From: Tubiluchus corallicola
Taxonomy: Eukaryota; Animalia; Priapulida
Length of the DNA stretch: 64,000 bases
Assembly (NCBI GenBank): GCA_030141605.1
Contig: JAQGDQ010002368.1
Coordinates: 930,001 to 994,000, forward strand
Direction of reading: 5' to 3'
Part shown: one piece after another, positions 38,701-53,100 of the stretch
Position numbering within the stretch: position 1 is the first letter of the stretch
Layout: each line of letters opens with the position of its first letter
The notes under the pieces: generated by a model
What the model was told of the DNA's origin: nothing
What the model saw: the letters and a program-made list of their open reading frames with translations, nothing else
Database searches by the model: none
Program-made: the position numbers and the translations under genes

Positions 38701-41700
38701 ACTTAATTGGACTATAAATGTCACCAATGTGATGTCTGCAGAAAATTTAAAGTTGCGTGTTCATTTATTTCTGCAATTTGCATCTGTCCCGTTTTTTATA
38801 TTCCTGATGCAATAATTTCTGTATAGTATTGTGTATAGTAGTCACATTCCATTTTATGTGGTTTGCAGCAGACTGTGATGTAAATGCTTGGTGTCGCCAT
38901 AGCCGCAACTGTGTAAGTATGAACATTCCCTAAATGAAAGCTTTATCAGTATTTACATCAGTATTTCTCTGATGGGCAACTCTTCGATGTTCGTTATAAA
39001 GAAAGTTTTATCTTCAGATCATCATGCAGAGTCTACTCCAGAGTTGTAATTACTGTGATCACTACAATTGCAAAAGTTAAGTAGCAACGAGCTTGATTAG
39101 TAAATGGATGGTAAATTTAATTAGTAAATGGTAACTGCCAGAAAACCTGCTTCTGGGTGTTTTCATCTGCCAGATGCCTTCATTGATGGAAAATAGATGT
39201 AATGTAATATGTAATCTGATAATATGTAATCTGGTGGAGAATAGATAATATGTAAGATGGAGAATAGATATACATGCAAACGTGCCTAAGTCACATCTGT
39301 CATTGTCACTTAAGTACCTACTTTTGGAGAATTATCAAATTAGGTCAGGTCGTTTCTAATATTGAACTAGGTTTCAGACCCACCACAAGTACTCAACAAA
39401 ACAGTAGACCCTGCAACTTGGTTCTGACTTCCAGTCGTCGAACAGAATAAAAAGTAATTTTGCTTTGATAATTTTGCTTAGGATATTCAAAACATGGAAC
39501 ATTTTTAACGGAAAAAATAATATAATGTATAAATAATTTGAATTTTTTGTTGAGCATTCATATACCATGAGTGAACTGCAATAATTTGTAGAATTATTAT
39601 AAATTTGGCATTTCTGCAGTTGGTAGCATGATCTATATGTGGGTCGTCAGTTATATTTGTCACTTTGCTGCCCTTGCTGTTCCGTGCTATATCGATCAGC
39701 ACAGTATTACTTATGCAATGTTTGTTCACTACATTAACCACACTTTAATCAAAATTTATTGCCAGCTTTCTCAATCCATTATCACATTTAATCACCCCTC
39801 AGCTTCCGCAGGCTTCTACGCACATGGTTTCCATTCACCTTGCGATCTTCCTCGTGATTACTGGCTGCGTTTTTCTTTGTAAAAGTGACTGTGAGCTGTA
39901 ATAGCAGTAATTATTTTTGACTACACCTATCAGCAGGGCATTGTTTGCGGAAAAGCGCCTGACACAATCTATTTTTTGCGGCCTTTGCATGACTGGTTTA
40001 TATATGTGTGAATGTCAAAACGCTATGAGTCTCGCCAAATGTAGAAGTCTCAGAAAATGCATTTTATGGGTAATATGAGACAATAGCGAATAGCTGAGTG
40101 GTCACAGTGTGTGCTTAACAGCTGAATCAACAGACTGTACGATTACTGATTTACAAATGTCAATGAAAAGTGACAGTTTACATGTAAAATAGTATTCTGG
40201 TATAGGTTTTTCCAATTTTTTTCGAATATAACTATTGAGTAGGGTAAACCATAGTTGGTATCAGGCCAGTTTTCCAGATCGTTTACCCCACGCTGTTAGC
40301 TGGCGTGTATGCGTCTGAGAAAATTTCCGGCTATTAAGCCATTCTTCAGAATAATAAATGCTGATTTTTTTCAACAAATTGGCGCTTAGTAAGAAACTTG
40401 TGAACAAAACTGATTCAATTAATACTTAAGTACTAAAACTTATAATATTACATGAGTTCTATGACCCTTTTATCTTGCAAAAATATCCTCAGTGGCTATC
40501 CGTTACCCATTTCAAGCACAAGCATTTCACAAGTATTTCCAGTACTGGTGCTAACTCAGTTAAATTCAAAAGATTGTGTGTTCTGAAAAATCTCAACTGT
40601 CCAACTTCGAAGGGGGTTCGTTTGCATGTGCGTGAAAATAAGCTGTTTCTTGAGCTCTACACGCGGCCGACCTTGTGCTAATCGACGTATTGATATTTGC
40701 TTCTGGTGCACATCTCGCAGACTTCAACACTGATGGAAGGAATGAGCCATTATATAAAACGTGATTGCAACAAATACTCGGCGTCCATGCACGCGACTAA
40801 TTGGACCATTCACTGGAATATGTAAAAATTTTCTGTGCAATTAGCAGCTAATCACTGAACGTAATTTCAATTGCATTTCTTATCTTCGATTTTATGGTTG
40901 TTTTAATGGCCGTGTTTAGGAAAAACGAAGTCACTCAATATTTGGTAAGGAGCATGCGCAATAGAATAGATAGACTAAAGGACATGGTCTGTGCCGATAG
41001 GTTAACAATACAAAATAGTCAGTATGGATGGGTTGCTGTTGCTGTTCATATTGTTGTACCCATTAGTAAGGATTTTGCAAAACCTGAAAAGTTGGTGTAA
41101 TCAAGGATGGTTTTGCACTGAGCAGTTCCTTACCGCATGTCACCTGTTATATGTAGTTATAAAATGTCGAAAGACCGCAAAACAAAATTGCAGTAAAACA
41201 AAGTTGAAAATTAAAGGGCAAAATGGCCATAAGGTAGAAATTTATATGGAAATTATGTGAAGATGGTTCTGCCCAATTTTCTATCCAAGGGCGTTTTGTT
41301 CCACATTAGGTACATTTTTTGATCACTTTGCTTGCCAATGACTGTTTTTGTGCTTATAATCCTACGTACCAATCTTTTCTTCAGTTTCTTTTACGTTCTT
41401 TTATTTATGTCGCGCATTTCACTTTACAAATTTCCTTCATTTTTCCTACACCTGTATCACACACACTTTGTCCCTGAATCGCACACCTGTAACCTGTAAC
41501 TGAATTAATCAGCGGTCTCCTTTTAAATGACTGATATCTCCAGCAGCCATGCATTATGGTTCATTTCTTGCAATAATCAGTTTGTTCCCTCAGAGCCACT
41601 TAAAAGGTTTGTGGACCTTATCGGGAATGATTTCTGTATTTCCTTGATGGAACTGACTGAAATGAGTTTAACAGCACTTTACCCAGATCAAGCGTCAAAT

Positions 41701-44700
41701 GCCGGCAAGAAAACATTTCTGTACAACTGACGATCGAAGGACTGCTGCAAGAGGCAAGCTCTGTTTTTGCAAACTTGCATGTACATGTATGATATTCAAA
41801 GAGTCTTCAACTTTTGAGAAATTTCATTATCCTTATAAAATGCAGATTTTTTTATTGTTTATAGCAATTGAACAATAATTACGCTCGCTGCACTGTTGTA
41901 TACAGTGTTTTCTTGTAGTACTTGTAAAAGGTGAACTTTATTTTATTGTACTCAAGAAATTGTTATGTTATTGTATTGTTTTGTAAAACAATTTGTTCTT
42001 TCCGATTCGCACAAAAAAAAACAACTGCAAAGCTTTTAGTTGAAGCAGACTGGGATGCCCGGTAATGTGAATTTGCTCAGAAATCGGACTACCTGAACGG
42101 AAATAAATAACCAATGATAAAGTTTCTTGGGGGATTTTGACAAATCGTATCAAGCAAAAGCATAGCCCAAGTTACCAACTTCTGATCTTCGTTTTTGCTT
42201 CCAAGGTTAGACGTTGTGTGAGAATTTTTAGTTTTTAGGTGCATCTCAAAATTAGTATTCACGGCTTGCTGCTCTTTTTGACGTTCCGAGCGAACCTTTG
42301 AGGTACATTTATGTGTGTAAAACGGTGCCTTGAACATCTGTTTCTTAATGACGAGTAGAATGCAGATGTGCTGATTTTGATGAAATATTTATTGGGTGCA
42401 TTCTGAATTATTCATTTCAAATCCACAATGTCAAAACAATGTGGATATGTCCAAAGGAATAATCCGAAGAGCAGCTATCCTAACTTAGTTGTCTCCAAGG
42501 AGTTCTAATTTGTTTTTTTAAATACATCTTTCAGTCACAATCTTCTAGCACCGTTCTAGCACGTTCTTTGAGCACCCTTCTCACACGTACCATGTTTCAA
42601 GATAGAAAACTGAAATACTGAAGCAATTTCAACTGAGCATCTTTGAATTACCGTTTACTCTTATAAATACTAACATTTCAACGAAAAATTGTTAGCGTCG
42701 TATTTATATAGTTTGGAGATAATGGTCACAAGTTCATATAAATAAAATAAAATTCCTGGCACTTTACCAAATTTTAAAAATTTGTGTAATTTTATCAAAT
42801 ATTATTTAATGCAAGGGGGACTTCTTGGTTTGCATGTATGAATAGCAGGTTTCTGAATACAAAACTTGTACTCGAAATCGAAATGCACAACCTATATATC
42901 CCTTCATCATTACACATCATCGCTACTTCACGACGTCTATCGTAATAATGTACTAAAATCTTTACTAAAGTTATTGTATTAAACATTAATGTACTTTGGA
43001 ATTTGACACTCAGTTTCGCACATTTAGTTACATTCAACTTTTGACATATATTTTGAGCTATGACAACACAGCTCCTTGAAGATGGCTGTTTGGGAACATC
43101 TAAAACTTGGAAGCTATTAAACAGCATAGATACTGAATACAATTCATATAACTTATACAGCTTATCTTTTATGTGGTATTGTTGATGCAAATGCGGTCAG
43201 CGTAAATTATCTGAGAAACTGTGCTTATCTAGGGTATAATAAGTACACTAGTCTAGCTCCCCTGACGTACTTGCTTCTGAATATCGCCATTAAGTCTTAC
43301 TCTTCTAGTGTATTGATCACGTCAATTGTATATGAACATTGCTGTTTATGACTTCTATATTCCGTAATTACTGGTGACATGCTGGTGGAACTGGTGGCCC
43401 CGCGGCAAGTATGCCGGAGTATATCGGAGACAGGCATAGTGAAGCCACAGAAATTTTTTTAGCAAGAATAAAAAGCAGAAATTACTATAGTTTGTAGCCT
43501 GTTCATTAACTGATGTTGTATTAATGAGAGTTGCATAAAATCGCCACACGATAAAAATGTAATCAAACAGTACACCTGACTATAAAGGTACGTTGCTAAG
43601 CAAATTATCAATGTGGAATACATGTTTTTCATCTAAGCCACACATACAGTTCGTAAAACATCAGTTTACTTTTTCCTCAGCTTTCTCAACTTGTTGACAT
43701 GAAAGTCAATTTATAGACCCAGTGACATGCAAACGAATTTTTCCACTCGTCTAATAGGATTTTTCCAATTCTGATTTCCGATTTCGCTGATATATGTGCA
43801 TATCGTGTATCTATTTGAATTTCGTCTCACTGCACTGGCAATATTGCCGTGCTACAAGTTACTATAAAATGGCTAGTGAGTGTTACCGCAATTATTTCAC
43901 ATAACTTTCATTATAGTCACAGAATTTTTTCTGGAACCATATTTCATTATTAGGTTAAGTTTGGCTTGCAGAGGAGCCAAAATTGGATGCATATCCTAGT
44001 GCAACCTTTTTTCCTTCTTGATGGCTGTATCTGCATTTGATGGAAATTGGAAAATATTTAGGTTTGCGTAAGGTGCATTTTACTGGGAAGTTCCAACTGT
44101 TTCGCCTTTACTGCATACTTTCTCCTTGCTTTGCGGAGATACACCTTGTCGGCGTCTCAGCCATGGAAGTTGTAAAAGCAATATGATGCGGCAATCCAAC
44201 CATAAAACAGGCTCTTGATTGCTGCTTTTACAAGACGTCATTGCTTTTCTGTATGTTTTTAGTCTCTGGTGCACGTGCGTGCTCATTCACGCGACAAAAC
44301 AAGAGTATACTTGCAATTCCGTGCATATGGCTTCTCAGATTTGAAATCCACTGGTTTGTAATAATTGAGAGAACAATGTTGAATATTATTATATATTATT
44401 GAATTTGCTGCTTTTAGTTGTTTCTAATCAAACCGGCAGTAATATTTTTCATGTAACTGAATAAGTGAAATTAATTACTTAGGTGTGATGGTTGAAAGTA
44501 ACGATTAAACATATGCGTCACGACTTCACCAATTAAAAGAAATGGCAATAAGACCTCAAACGTATTCAACAACAGCACACTGACCGTAGGATCGCCATTT
44601 TAAAGGAAGCTTTTCAATCCAAAGCCATTTAACTGTCAGTGAGCTGCATAAGAATTAATCGGAATTTACTCGCGTCATTGCTCTTAATCGTTAATAAATT

Positions 44701-45200
44701 CCGTTATTGTGTATAAGAGAACGATTTTTCGGGCTTGGGTTTTCAGTGTTTCTTCAGTTTTTATACGTACGCTGGACTGCACATGCAAAAAACTCTCCAG
44801 GAAATGAAAAATGTAGACGCAATTAGTATGTGCTGTTTAAGCAAATTACACAAACATTAAACACTCTTTGAATACCCTGTAATGCTTTATTCATTAATCT
44901 GTCTTCCTTTCACTAAATGGTTAATCTGTCTTCCTCACACTAAATGAGCATGATAGTAATAGAGTATCAGAAAAACAATTTTCCTGGGTTTGTGGTCGTT
45001 TGGCCAGCAATATCCTAACTGAGAAGTAAAAACAACTTTGCCAGCTTATTAATACAAGCTGTAGAAGTAATTGTTTTATGTAATTAACTAACCTTACCAA
45101 AATCCTATAGTTTTTTTTATAATTCCACTGCACTTTGTTTTTTTTTGTATATGTATTCTGTAGCTTCACACATCTCTGCTAAATTTACTCTAATAATAAT

Positions 45201-45425
45201 TAGTTTAGTTTAGTTTAGTTGAGTTGAGTTGAGTTGAGTTGAGTTGAGTTGAGTTGAGTTGAGTTGAGTTGAGTTGAGTTGAGTTGCGTTGCGTTGCGTT
45301 GCGTTGCGTTGCGTTGCGTTGCGTTGCGTTGCGTTGCGTTGCGTTGCGTTGCGTTGAGTTGAGTTGAGTTGAGTTGAGTTGAGTTGAGTTGAGTTGAGTT
45401 TAGTTTAGTTTAGTTTAGTTTAGTT
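45201..45425. repeat. Nested compound pentanucleotide microsatellite (TAGTT)4(GAGTT)13(GCGTT)14(GAGTT)9(TAGTT)5
   Basis: Units counted directly from the sequence. Confidence 0.97.
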
Positions 45426-48000
45426 TATGTGGTATATGACCAACAAGGCCAGCCAAAATACGTTTTACAGAAACCACATCAGTTTGCGTGCACATTCAAG
45501 AGTAAACAGCACATTGCATCATTACATCAGATGACTGCATAATATTGGATAACTTCTTTTCGTTACTAAGCGTTATATAACTTAGATATAGTTCACTTAT
45601 ATAATTATTTCAAACGTTACGTGCTACTGCGTGTTTTGAACAATGAAATAAAAATATTTGTCTTCTACAACGTTACAGGTTTCACAAAGACGATTCCTAA
45701 ACTGCGTCCGCTAGGTTCTAAGTTTATGATTTTATGTCTTTAATATTTTTATCATTTAATAAGGAAGATTCGAATACAAACTCGGACTTGTTGATAAAAG
45801 TGCAATTTAGACATATTTGTTAGAGATTGTCGTCAGGTTATTCAAAAGTTAGCTTTAACTCATCCTTCAGCAAGACAGACAGTATTAGAATAAAGCGCTA
45901 TTGAGTCAGCATTTAGCAGTTGATCCAAATTTATCCTATTTAACATCAATTTCGACGACCTGTACCAAAGAACATTTAAAGTTTTGCTAAAGTGGTATCT
46001 TGGTTGCATAGTCGTGTTTGTGGAAAAGAAATACCCGAAGCCAATATTTAACAACTCTACAAGAAATATCTAAATTTATCTGATATCTTCCTAATGCTCC
46101 AACCATGGCTGGAGTAGGAGTTGTCAGCACCTAAAATTGCTTTATAATATTTAAGAAAAGGGTTTCAAGAACAGCAAAATATTTCATACCACAGATTTCA
46201 CATCCATAACATAGGATGGGTTTGGCATATATGTTAAAGAAAGGTATTTGCAAAGTTGGCTTCAAAATACCCAAATGTTTTTGATTTACTCAGTAAAGAA
46301 AATACTACTTCGTTGCCTTGCGAGGCAGGATAATTTACAGATTCATTAAATTAATCATTTGGATTAAAATATACGCCAATGCATTCGTGCTCGACATATT
46401 GTTTTATTAATGTGCCGTAGCAAAAGAAATCCTGTTGGTGATTCAACAAAAGTACTCTTTTCAAATATTAAAATTTCAATCTCACTGGATTTGACAGTTT
46501 AGACTCCATTTTCTACAATGGCTGTTCAGTAGCTTTAACTGATGTAGCAAACCCTTCTTAGTTACAATAATTAAAACGAGATCATCTGTAAACATGTCAT
46601 TAATTAGTATTATGCCATCAGAATCTTGTACATTTTTTATAGACACTCATCTAAATCAATAAAATACAATAAAAACAGCATGAGTGACAGAGTACAGCAT
46701 TAAAGTACACCAAATTCAACCAAAAAATACTCAATTAAACCAGGATCAGCTAACACAACTTCGTGTATGTGTAAATGCAGCTGAGCAGCATGCAATTTCC
46801 TTGATATTGGCCTTTTTCTTAAACAGTTTTGTCGTTGTTTTCTTTTGTAATAAAAATAGCTAACTGGACATCTCTATTATCTGTATTTAATTGAAATTTA
46901 CGCATACTTTATTTTTTAATTTTCTTTTTGGGACTGTACGTTCATAATCGAGCAATTTTTTAAAAAATTTTTGCATTATGCCCGGATTGGAAAATTTTCT
47001 GCTGTACTTATTTAATACCAGCTGCTACAGCTGGAAAAATAATTTCTTATACGCCAGATACAGTACTTAAGGTGCTATACTTACTACCTGATTTTATATT
47101 TGACAATTTTGGATTGGCGTTGTTTCATTGCTTGGAAAATATGTTTTAATAATTATTGGCCAGAGGGTTGAAGTCGGGCTTGAGCATTGTCCCACACAAT
47201 TGTTTTATCCAACGGACACATATTTTTTCTGCTCCTCATATTACATCTCTTGTGCTTGTGTATTTTCATTTTTTCAGCAAACATAAACAGAAACATAAAA
47301 GAGAAAAATCTACATGCATATCAATAAAATTTTGGTACAGAATGTTGAAGACAATAACATACAGTTAATTGCTGAACAGCCTGTCGGCTGACGATAAATA
47401 AATCTCCCGGTATTTTCACTATTGCCAATTCTACCCTTTAAAATGCTAAATCTTGCTTCACAGGTGCAAAATTCCATAAGTTGCATGACAAAGCTCAGCA
47501 AGTTGCCGGCCTTGTGTATTAGTAATTTTATCCTCGTTAAACCTATCCGGGAACAAATTTACGTCATACAAATGAAAATGAGGATATGGAATTGTGGTGA
47601 AGTTTTGCTCACTAGCAGTTTCTTCATCTAAAATGAAATCATTCGAATTTGCTGTTTGTTTAGTTATTGAAATCACCACTGATGACATCATTAGGTAACT
47701 GCAATACAGTAGATCTGGTGTAGGATTTACTACTTAGAATTTATGCAAATTAAGCAAAATATAACATTTTTAGGTAATTCAGACGAGTTGAATTTGAACC
47801 TCGCAATGTTTGGATGCGTGGTTTTGACAATTTCATAGATTGAACTTAAACCAGAACAATGAAGCAATTCAAATCCACCTGCAATTCTTTACTTTTCACG
47901 TTCTGAACCAAAAACATTTGTATCATAACCCGATTTGTTAAACGACGCACCGTCTGATAATCAAGTTTCTACTAAGCCAACGAAGTCAGGCTTACATATT
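45426..48000 (-). mobile_element. Long, heavily decayed LINE: APE endonuclease, RT and zinc-finger remnants in the correct order
   Basis: PDFVGLVET*L (about 47990); RFNEDKITNTQGRQLAELC and ILKGRIG..NTGRFIY..PTGCSAINC (47350-47560); LSLMLFLLYFIDL and MFTDDLVL...GLLHQL..L...CRKWSL (46500-46700); RLCETCNVVED (about 45680). The 3' end abuts the pentanucleotide tract. Confidence 0.8.
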
Positions 48001-48019
48001 AGTCCGTGGGACAAAAACC

Positions 48020-49380
48020 ATGGTCTTGTAACAAGGTCTGTTATTGGGTACCCTTTATACCGTTATCTTGGTTGGTGTCCACTGCTGCCTGTCCCGACTT
48101 TCAACAGTTAAAGTTAAACTAGTTAAAGTTTCGATCCAAGTTCAATCAAAACACCTCTATAAAGTGACGTGCATTAAGATCCATTGCTCTAAGTTAGTTT
48201 ATTCCTACTATGATTGTGTCCACACTATTTTTGTTCTAGCTTCTAACTTAACTTATTACAAATCACTTCCTACTCTTCCATGTTTTTCACATGCAGTGCA
48301 GAGTCTTGAATCAATCCAATCACTGAGATTTTCAAACGCCATTTTTCTCGAAAAATTCTTGCTACAAAATCTCTGCAGCGGTCTGTCGTTTGTCATTAAT
48401 AATGCCTCGTCACATTGAAAATGTTATTACAGGCCCTTATTAATGTCGCCATTCTCTTTTCACTGGAGCGTCTGCGTGTTTGCATAATGTCAGCAAACGA
48501 ACTGAACGTGTTTTTCAAGGTGTGCTTCATTGTGTTTGATTTTTAAGCATTAAATATTACACAAATAGTTTTCTAATAACTGAGAAAATCAAAATTGTTA
48601 AACACGTTTACATTCAGGGAATATAGCCGTTACAATACAGTAAACAGTATGGCGAACCTTATGATTGCAAAGACTTATTTTGTGATTTTTTTTGTATAAT
48701 ATGGAGGTAACAAAAAATACTACTTTTGTTCACCTTAGATGCAACTGAATTGGATCACTTGGTCCATTTATTAACTTTACTAGAACGAATCTTTTCTGAA
48801 GTAAAATTATTAGTCATTAGTAAATATAGCTTATTCATACAGAAAAGTAAAAATTTTTTGCAATAACAGTATTCCTTGGGACAAAAGTCAATTTGTGCTG
48901 TTTGCCTGTTCATCAACCATTTGTTTTCCTTAGAAGACGATGGTCTTGTAACAAGGTCTGTTATTGAGTACCCTTTATACCGTTATCTTGGTTGGTGTCC
49001 ACTGCTGCCTGTCCCGACTTTCAACAGTTAAAGTTAAACTAGTTAAAGTTTCGATCCAAGTTCAATCAAAACACCTCTATAAAGTGACGTGCATTAAGAT
49101 CCATTGCTCTAAGTTAGTTTATTCCTACTATGATTGTGTCCACACTATTTTTGTTCTAGCTTCTAACTTAACTTATTACATATCACTTCCTACTCTTCCA
49201 TGTTTTTCACATGCAGTGCAGAGTCTTGAATCAATCCAATCACTGAGATTTTCAAACGCTATTTTTCTCGAAAAATACTTGCTACAAAATCTCTGCAGCG
49301 GTCTGTCGTTTGTCATTAATAATGCCTCGTCACATTGAAAATGTTATTATAGGCCCTTATTAATGTCGCCATTCTCTTTT
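48020..49380. repeat. 441-bp direct duplication (48020-48460 and 48940-49380), about 99% identical
   Basis: Offset of exactly 920 bp; five substitutions found by eye. Explains the twin 124-aa ORFs. Confidence 0.95.
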
Positions 49381-50069
49381 ACGTACGCTGTTACGACGCA
49401 GTAGCCCCCCCTGCCTAGATTGCATTTGACCGATTATTTTATATGCAATTTGACATTGCATGTCGGTATCTAGATTTCTACGGCAGTTCCTGCGTAAAGT
49501 GGATAACTGGAACCTAGCACACTGTCAAGGGTAGTCCTCTAAGATGGGGGCACTGGACCGGCATTCTGGGAGGTCACCCATCTACTTGCTGTCAGTGTCT
49601 GTCACACTCGGATTGTGCTTCACACATGCTGACGAGTCAATCATTCTCCGTGCCACACAAAATTTCCATTTCACAACACACGCTAAGCATGAAAGATCTA
49701 TTCTCGAATATGGTCGCTTCCCAGTGTGCAAAAATGTCTTACGTTTACCGAACATTCGCTAATATGTTAATATTAACCGAGACATCAATTGACATAACTT
49801 TGGGGCATCTTTATTGACTGTGCCGTTGCTGTCTACTTCAATGCATTACTGTTTAAATCCACTCTGCTGTTGTGTCTCTCTGGGGGGACATCTTGCATGA
49901 CTGATCATCTGCATGGCAATTCATCATATCTTCATGTCGGCTTGACATTGGGATGTACATAGATAAGAATATTTGCCGTCTTATTTGTGGTCGCCGCAAG
50001 TTAAGTAGAGGCGGCACTGTTTTATTTGGAATCCGTAAGGTAACGCAATATTGGCTTCCCACGCAACAG

Positions 50070-50161
<92 letters not shown>

Positions 50162-50197
50162 CGTACGTAAAAGAGAATGGCGACATATATATATATA
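50070..50197. repeat. (CT)n(TA)n microsatellite interrupted by a 29-bp insert
   Basis: CT tract 50070-50090, TA tract 50091-50157, insert 50158-50186, TA resumes to 50197. Confidence 0.95.
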
Positions 50198-53100
50198 AAC
50201 TTGGGACAAACCCACAAAGCATAATTCTTGCTGTTATTAATCTATAAGTTACTTTCACAATTTGTATTGAAAAGCATAAGATGTTGTGTCCTTCCGTTGG
50301 CAGAACGGTATATTACGCGACCACTCGCGCTGAGCTTTGTCTGTTCTTGCTGTTTGACACCTCAGCATTGTCTATAGTTGACGTAATGGGCATATGATGA
50401 TGTCCTCACTGCGAGCAATCTCGCATCATCAACTTCAGCAACAAGAAATTGTCAAAATTGTGCATTCGTTCAGTATTTGACAGCGTCGGTGTTTCGGCAC
50501 TCGCTATTTTTTAACTAAATGACGATTATACAAATCGGGGTAAACGCGCACCATTATTTATATGATGTTAATTTATCAAAGCGTTAACAAATTATATCAT
50601 CTAAAAATGTCTGACTTTAAATGAAATGCACTGTATGTTTGCCATTCTTCGCTCATCCTATATAATAAATAACATTTTGAATTTTCATGCAACACTTCGT
50701 GTTTGGGGAGAATTGCATCATTGCAGTACAGATTTAAACGTATGGGTTTTGCTTACTTTTGCACTGTACGAATACCGAATCCGATTCAAATGCGAAATGC
50801 ATTTGACTTACATTGTATGTTTTTCATGCAAAATTTGCCTTGTCGTTGAGTATACAGTAGAACACAATGTATAGCGTTGCCGTAAGAAAAGGTAAATTTC
50901 TTATTTAAGTAGCAAAACTGTAGCAAGCGTGGGCTGTGTGATTTTGGATAACAAATTTCTAAACTTCAAGCTTGACTAAGGAACCCAGTTATTACACGTA
51001 AAGCCCTGGTTCCTTTACTCTAAAATCAGAATAGATAGATTCGTTTTTCTCATTTTAAAGCTCATTCTACCTCCCTTCTCTCTTCCTGTCTATAAAATGT
51101 GCTTGAATCACCTGGGCTGCATTTCGTAATATTACTGTGAGCTTGCTGTGAAAATTATCGCGCAAATTGCAACATTAATCAATAAGAAGCATCTCCGATC
51201 ATATAATTATGCTCATGGTAATGAATAAATTGGATTCGCGGCACCATTTAACGCATGATTATGAAAACACCGCTGCTTTTTCTGGACAAATTTCGCTTCT
51301 GAGTTTTTCAGATAAGACATTTTCTTGGTAACAGTGTCATTTGTCCGTTTTCAAAAAGTGTGACAAAAACGTGACGAGTCTGCCCACCTATACGTATAGG
51401 AAAGAATTATTGTAATTGTCTAATTTACTTTTACTATAATTTCAATAAGTATGTTTTGATCTGCCGTAGACCTAAATTAAATGGCAGTTCGTGTTTTCGT
51501 GAATAATTATATTAGAACTAGAGAAACATTTCATGTTATTGCAATTATCCATGTGAATGATTAATTAATCTAACGGAAGGAGGAGAATTTAGGCTAACTT
51601 TTTTACTCACATTCATAATACATATTTTGCAAAATACAAATATATGTACACACTAGTCACAGTGTAGTGCTAGTGTTGTAATGTAGTTCTATAACGCATT
51701 ACTAGCATTGTACAGTATGCTGCAGAATGAGCCTTTTCACAATTCCAACGATTGATGATGATCGTGAAAAGGTCAAAGGTTAAGTGTACCAGACAACGCA
51801 TTTGTGTACACTTGACAATGCCTCGCAACCCCATGCTGTTGTAAAAGTAATTAAGAAAAGGGACGAATGCTAGCTATAGAACCTTATCTAGTTCATTTTT
51901 ACTTCACGGGCAGACTAATGCATAATTAAGTAAAGTCCACTTGCTTTCCCCACATGTCACGTGACGGCTACAGACCTATAGCAACTGCGCGTGCGCACAA
52001 CGAAACTGCGAAAAGGCTTATTATGCAATACAATGTAGTATTACGTACAGTGGCTGTTATAGTTCACTAACGCATTCGGCATTACTAGTCAGTTGTATTA
52101 CATTGTATAGTATGTTATTGCATTAAACAGGATAATGTGGCACTACTGTTATAATATATTTCAGTAACGCATTACTAGGCTATTACATTATGCAGTATGC
52201 AACTGAATCATCTAGTTTAATATATACTACAATAATTGTTACAGTTCAGTAACGCGTTACCAGCCTATTGCATTATATTCTTTGGTTTCACGTGCGCTGA
52301 AACAACATGTTATAAATACGTTCTCGGCGTTTCTCTTTTCCTTACGTACGCCATCACTTCCCGTTGCATTTTAAGACTGACAAATTGATTTATCATTTTA
52401 TTGCTTTATTGTGTTACTGAATTACTGAATAATGCATTACTCTCGCTGCTAGGTCTATAAGTTCGTGAAGCCATTTAATTAATACTCACCACAGTGTAAT
52501 TATTTTCATTTTGTTGACAGAATAATTAATTTCTATGCGGTTGCTATCCAGTTCTCCAAGAAGACTATTACTTTATTGTATTTTCAATGTCAGTTCATCT
52601 GAGTGGCTGGTGCTATTTTTCGTAATAGTATGCATACTTGTACATAAATATGACTTTTGTAATTTTAAGCTTACAACAGTGTTGCGGGCCTTACAGATGT
52701 ACGAACCGTGAGGTCACACCAGGCCCGCAGCTTTAAGTGAAATAAATAAATCAAAAGAAAAGATTTTTATTGCTTATATGTACCTGCAATCATTGCATTA
52801 GCCGCTTATGTTTATTTTTTATGTTTAAGTCTTCTATGTTTTAGTGTCCGCATATTTGTTTTTTTGTATACTTATAAACATTGTGTATTGCTGAACATTT
52901 TAACTGAAATTCCTAAGGCCTCTTATGATATAGTGTAAGTATTTGACAATGATAACAAGATAATAAGCAGTGATAGTAAAGGCTAGCTGGCCAGCTTAAT
53001 TTTTATGCATTTACTAACATAAGAATAAATTGTCTCCTAAAATAAAAATGCTGTAGTTGAAAGTTTCAATACTAGGAATACGTGCATGTTAGGGGCTGGT

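Noticed and set aside
48044-49338. Twin 124-aa ORFs as duplicated genes
   Set aside because: Non-ATG starts and no recognisable domain; they arise from the 441-bp duplication.
49545-49590. 5S rRNA gene (GATGGGTGACC on the minus strand)
   Set aside because: Only a short C-box-like match; the rest of 5S is absent.
49953-50258. YIYIYI / ERERER ORFs
   Set aside because: Translations of the (TA)n/(CT)n microsatellite.
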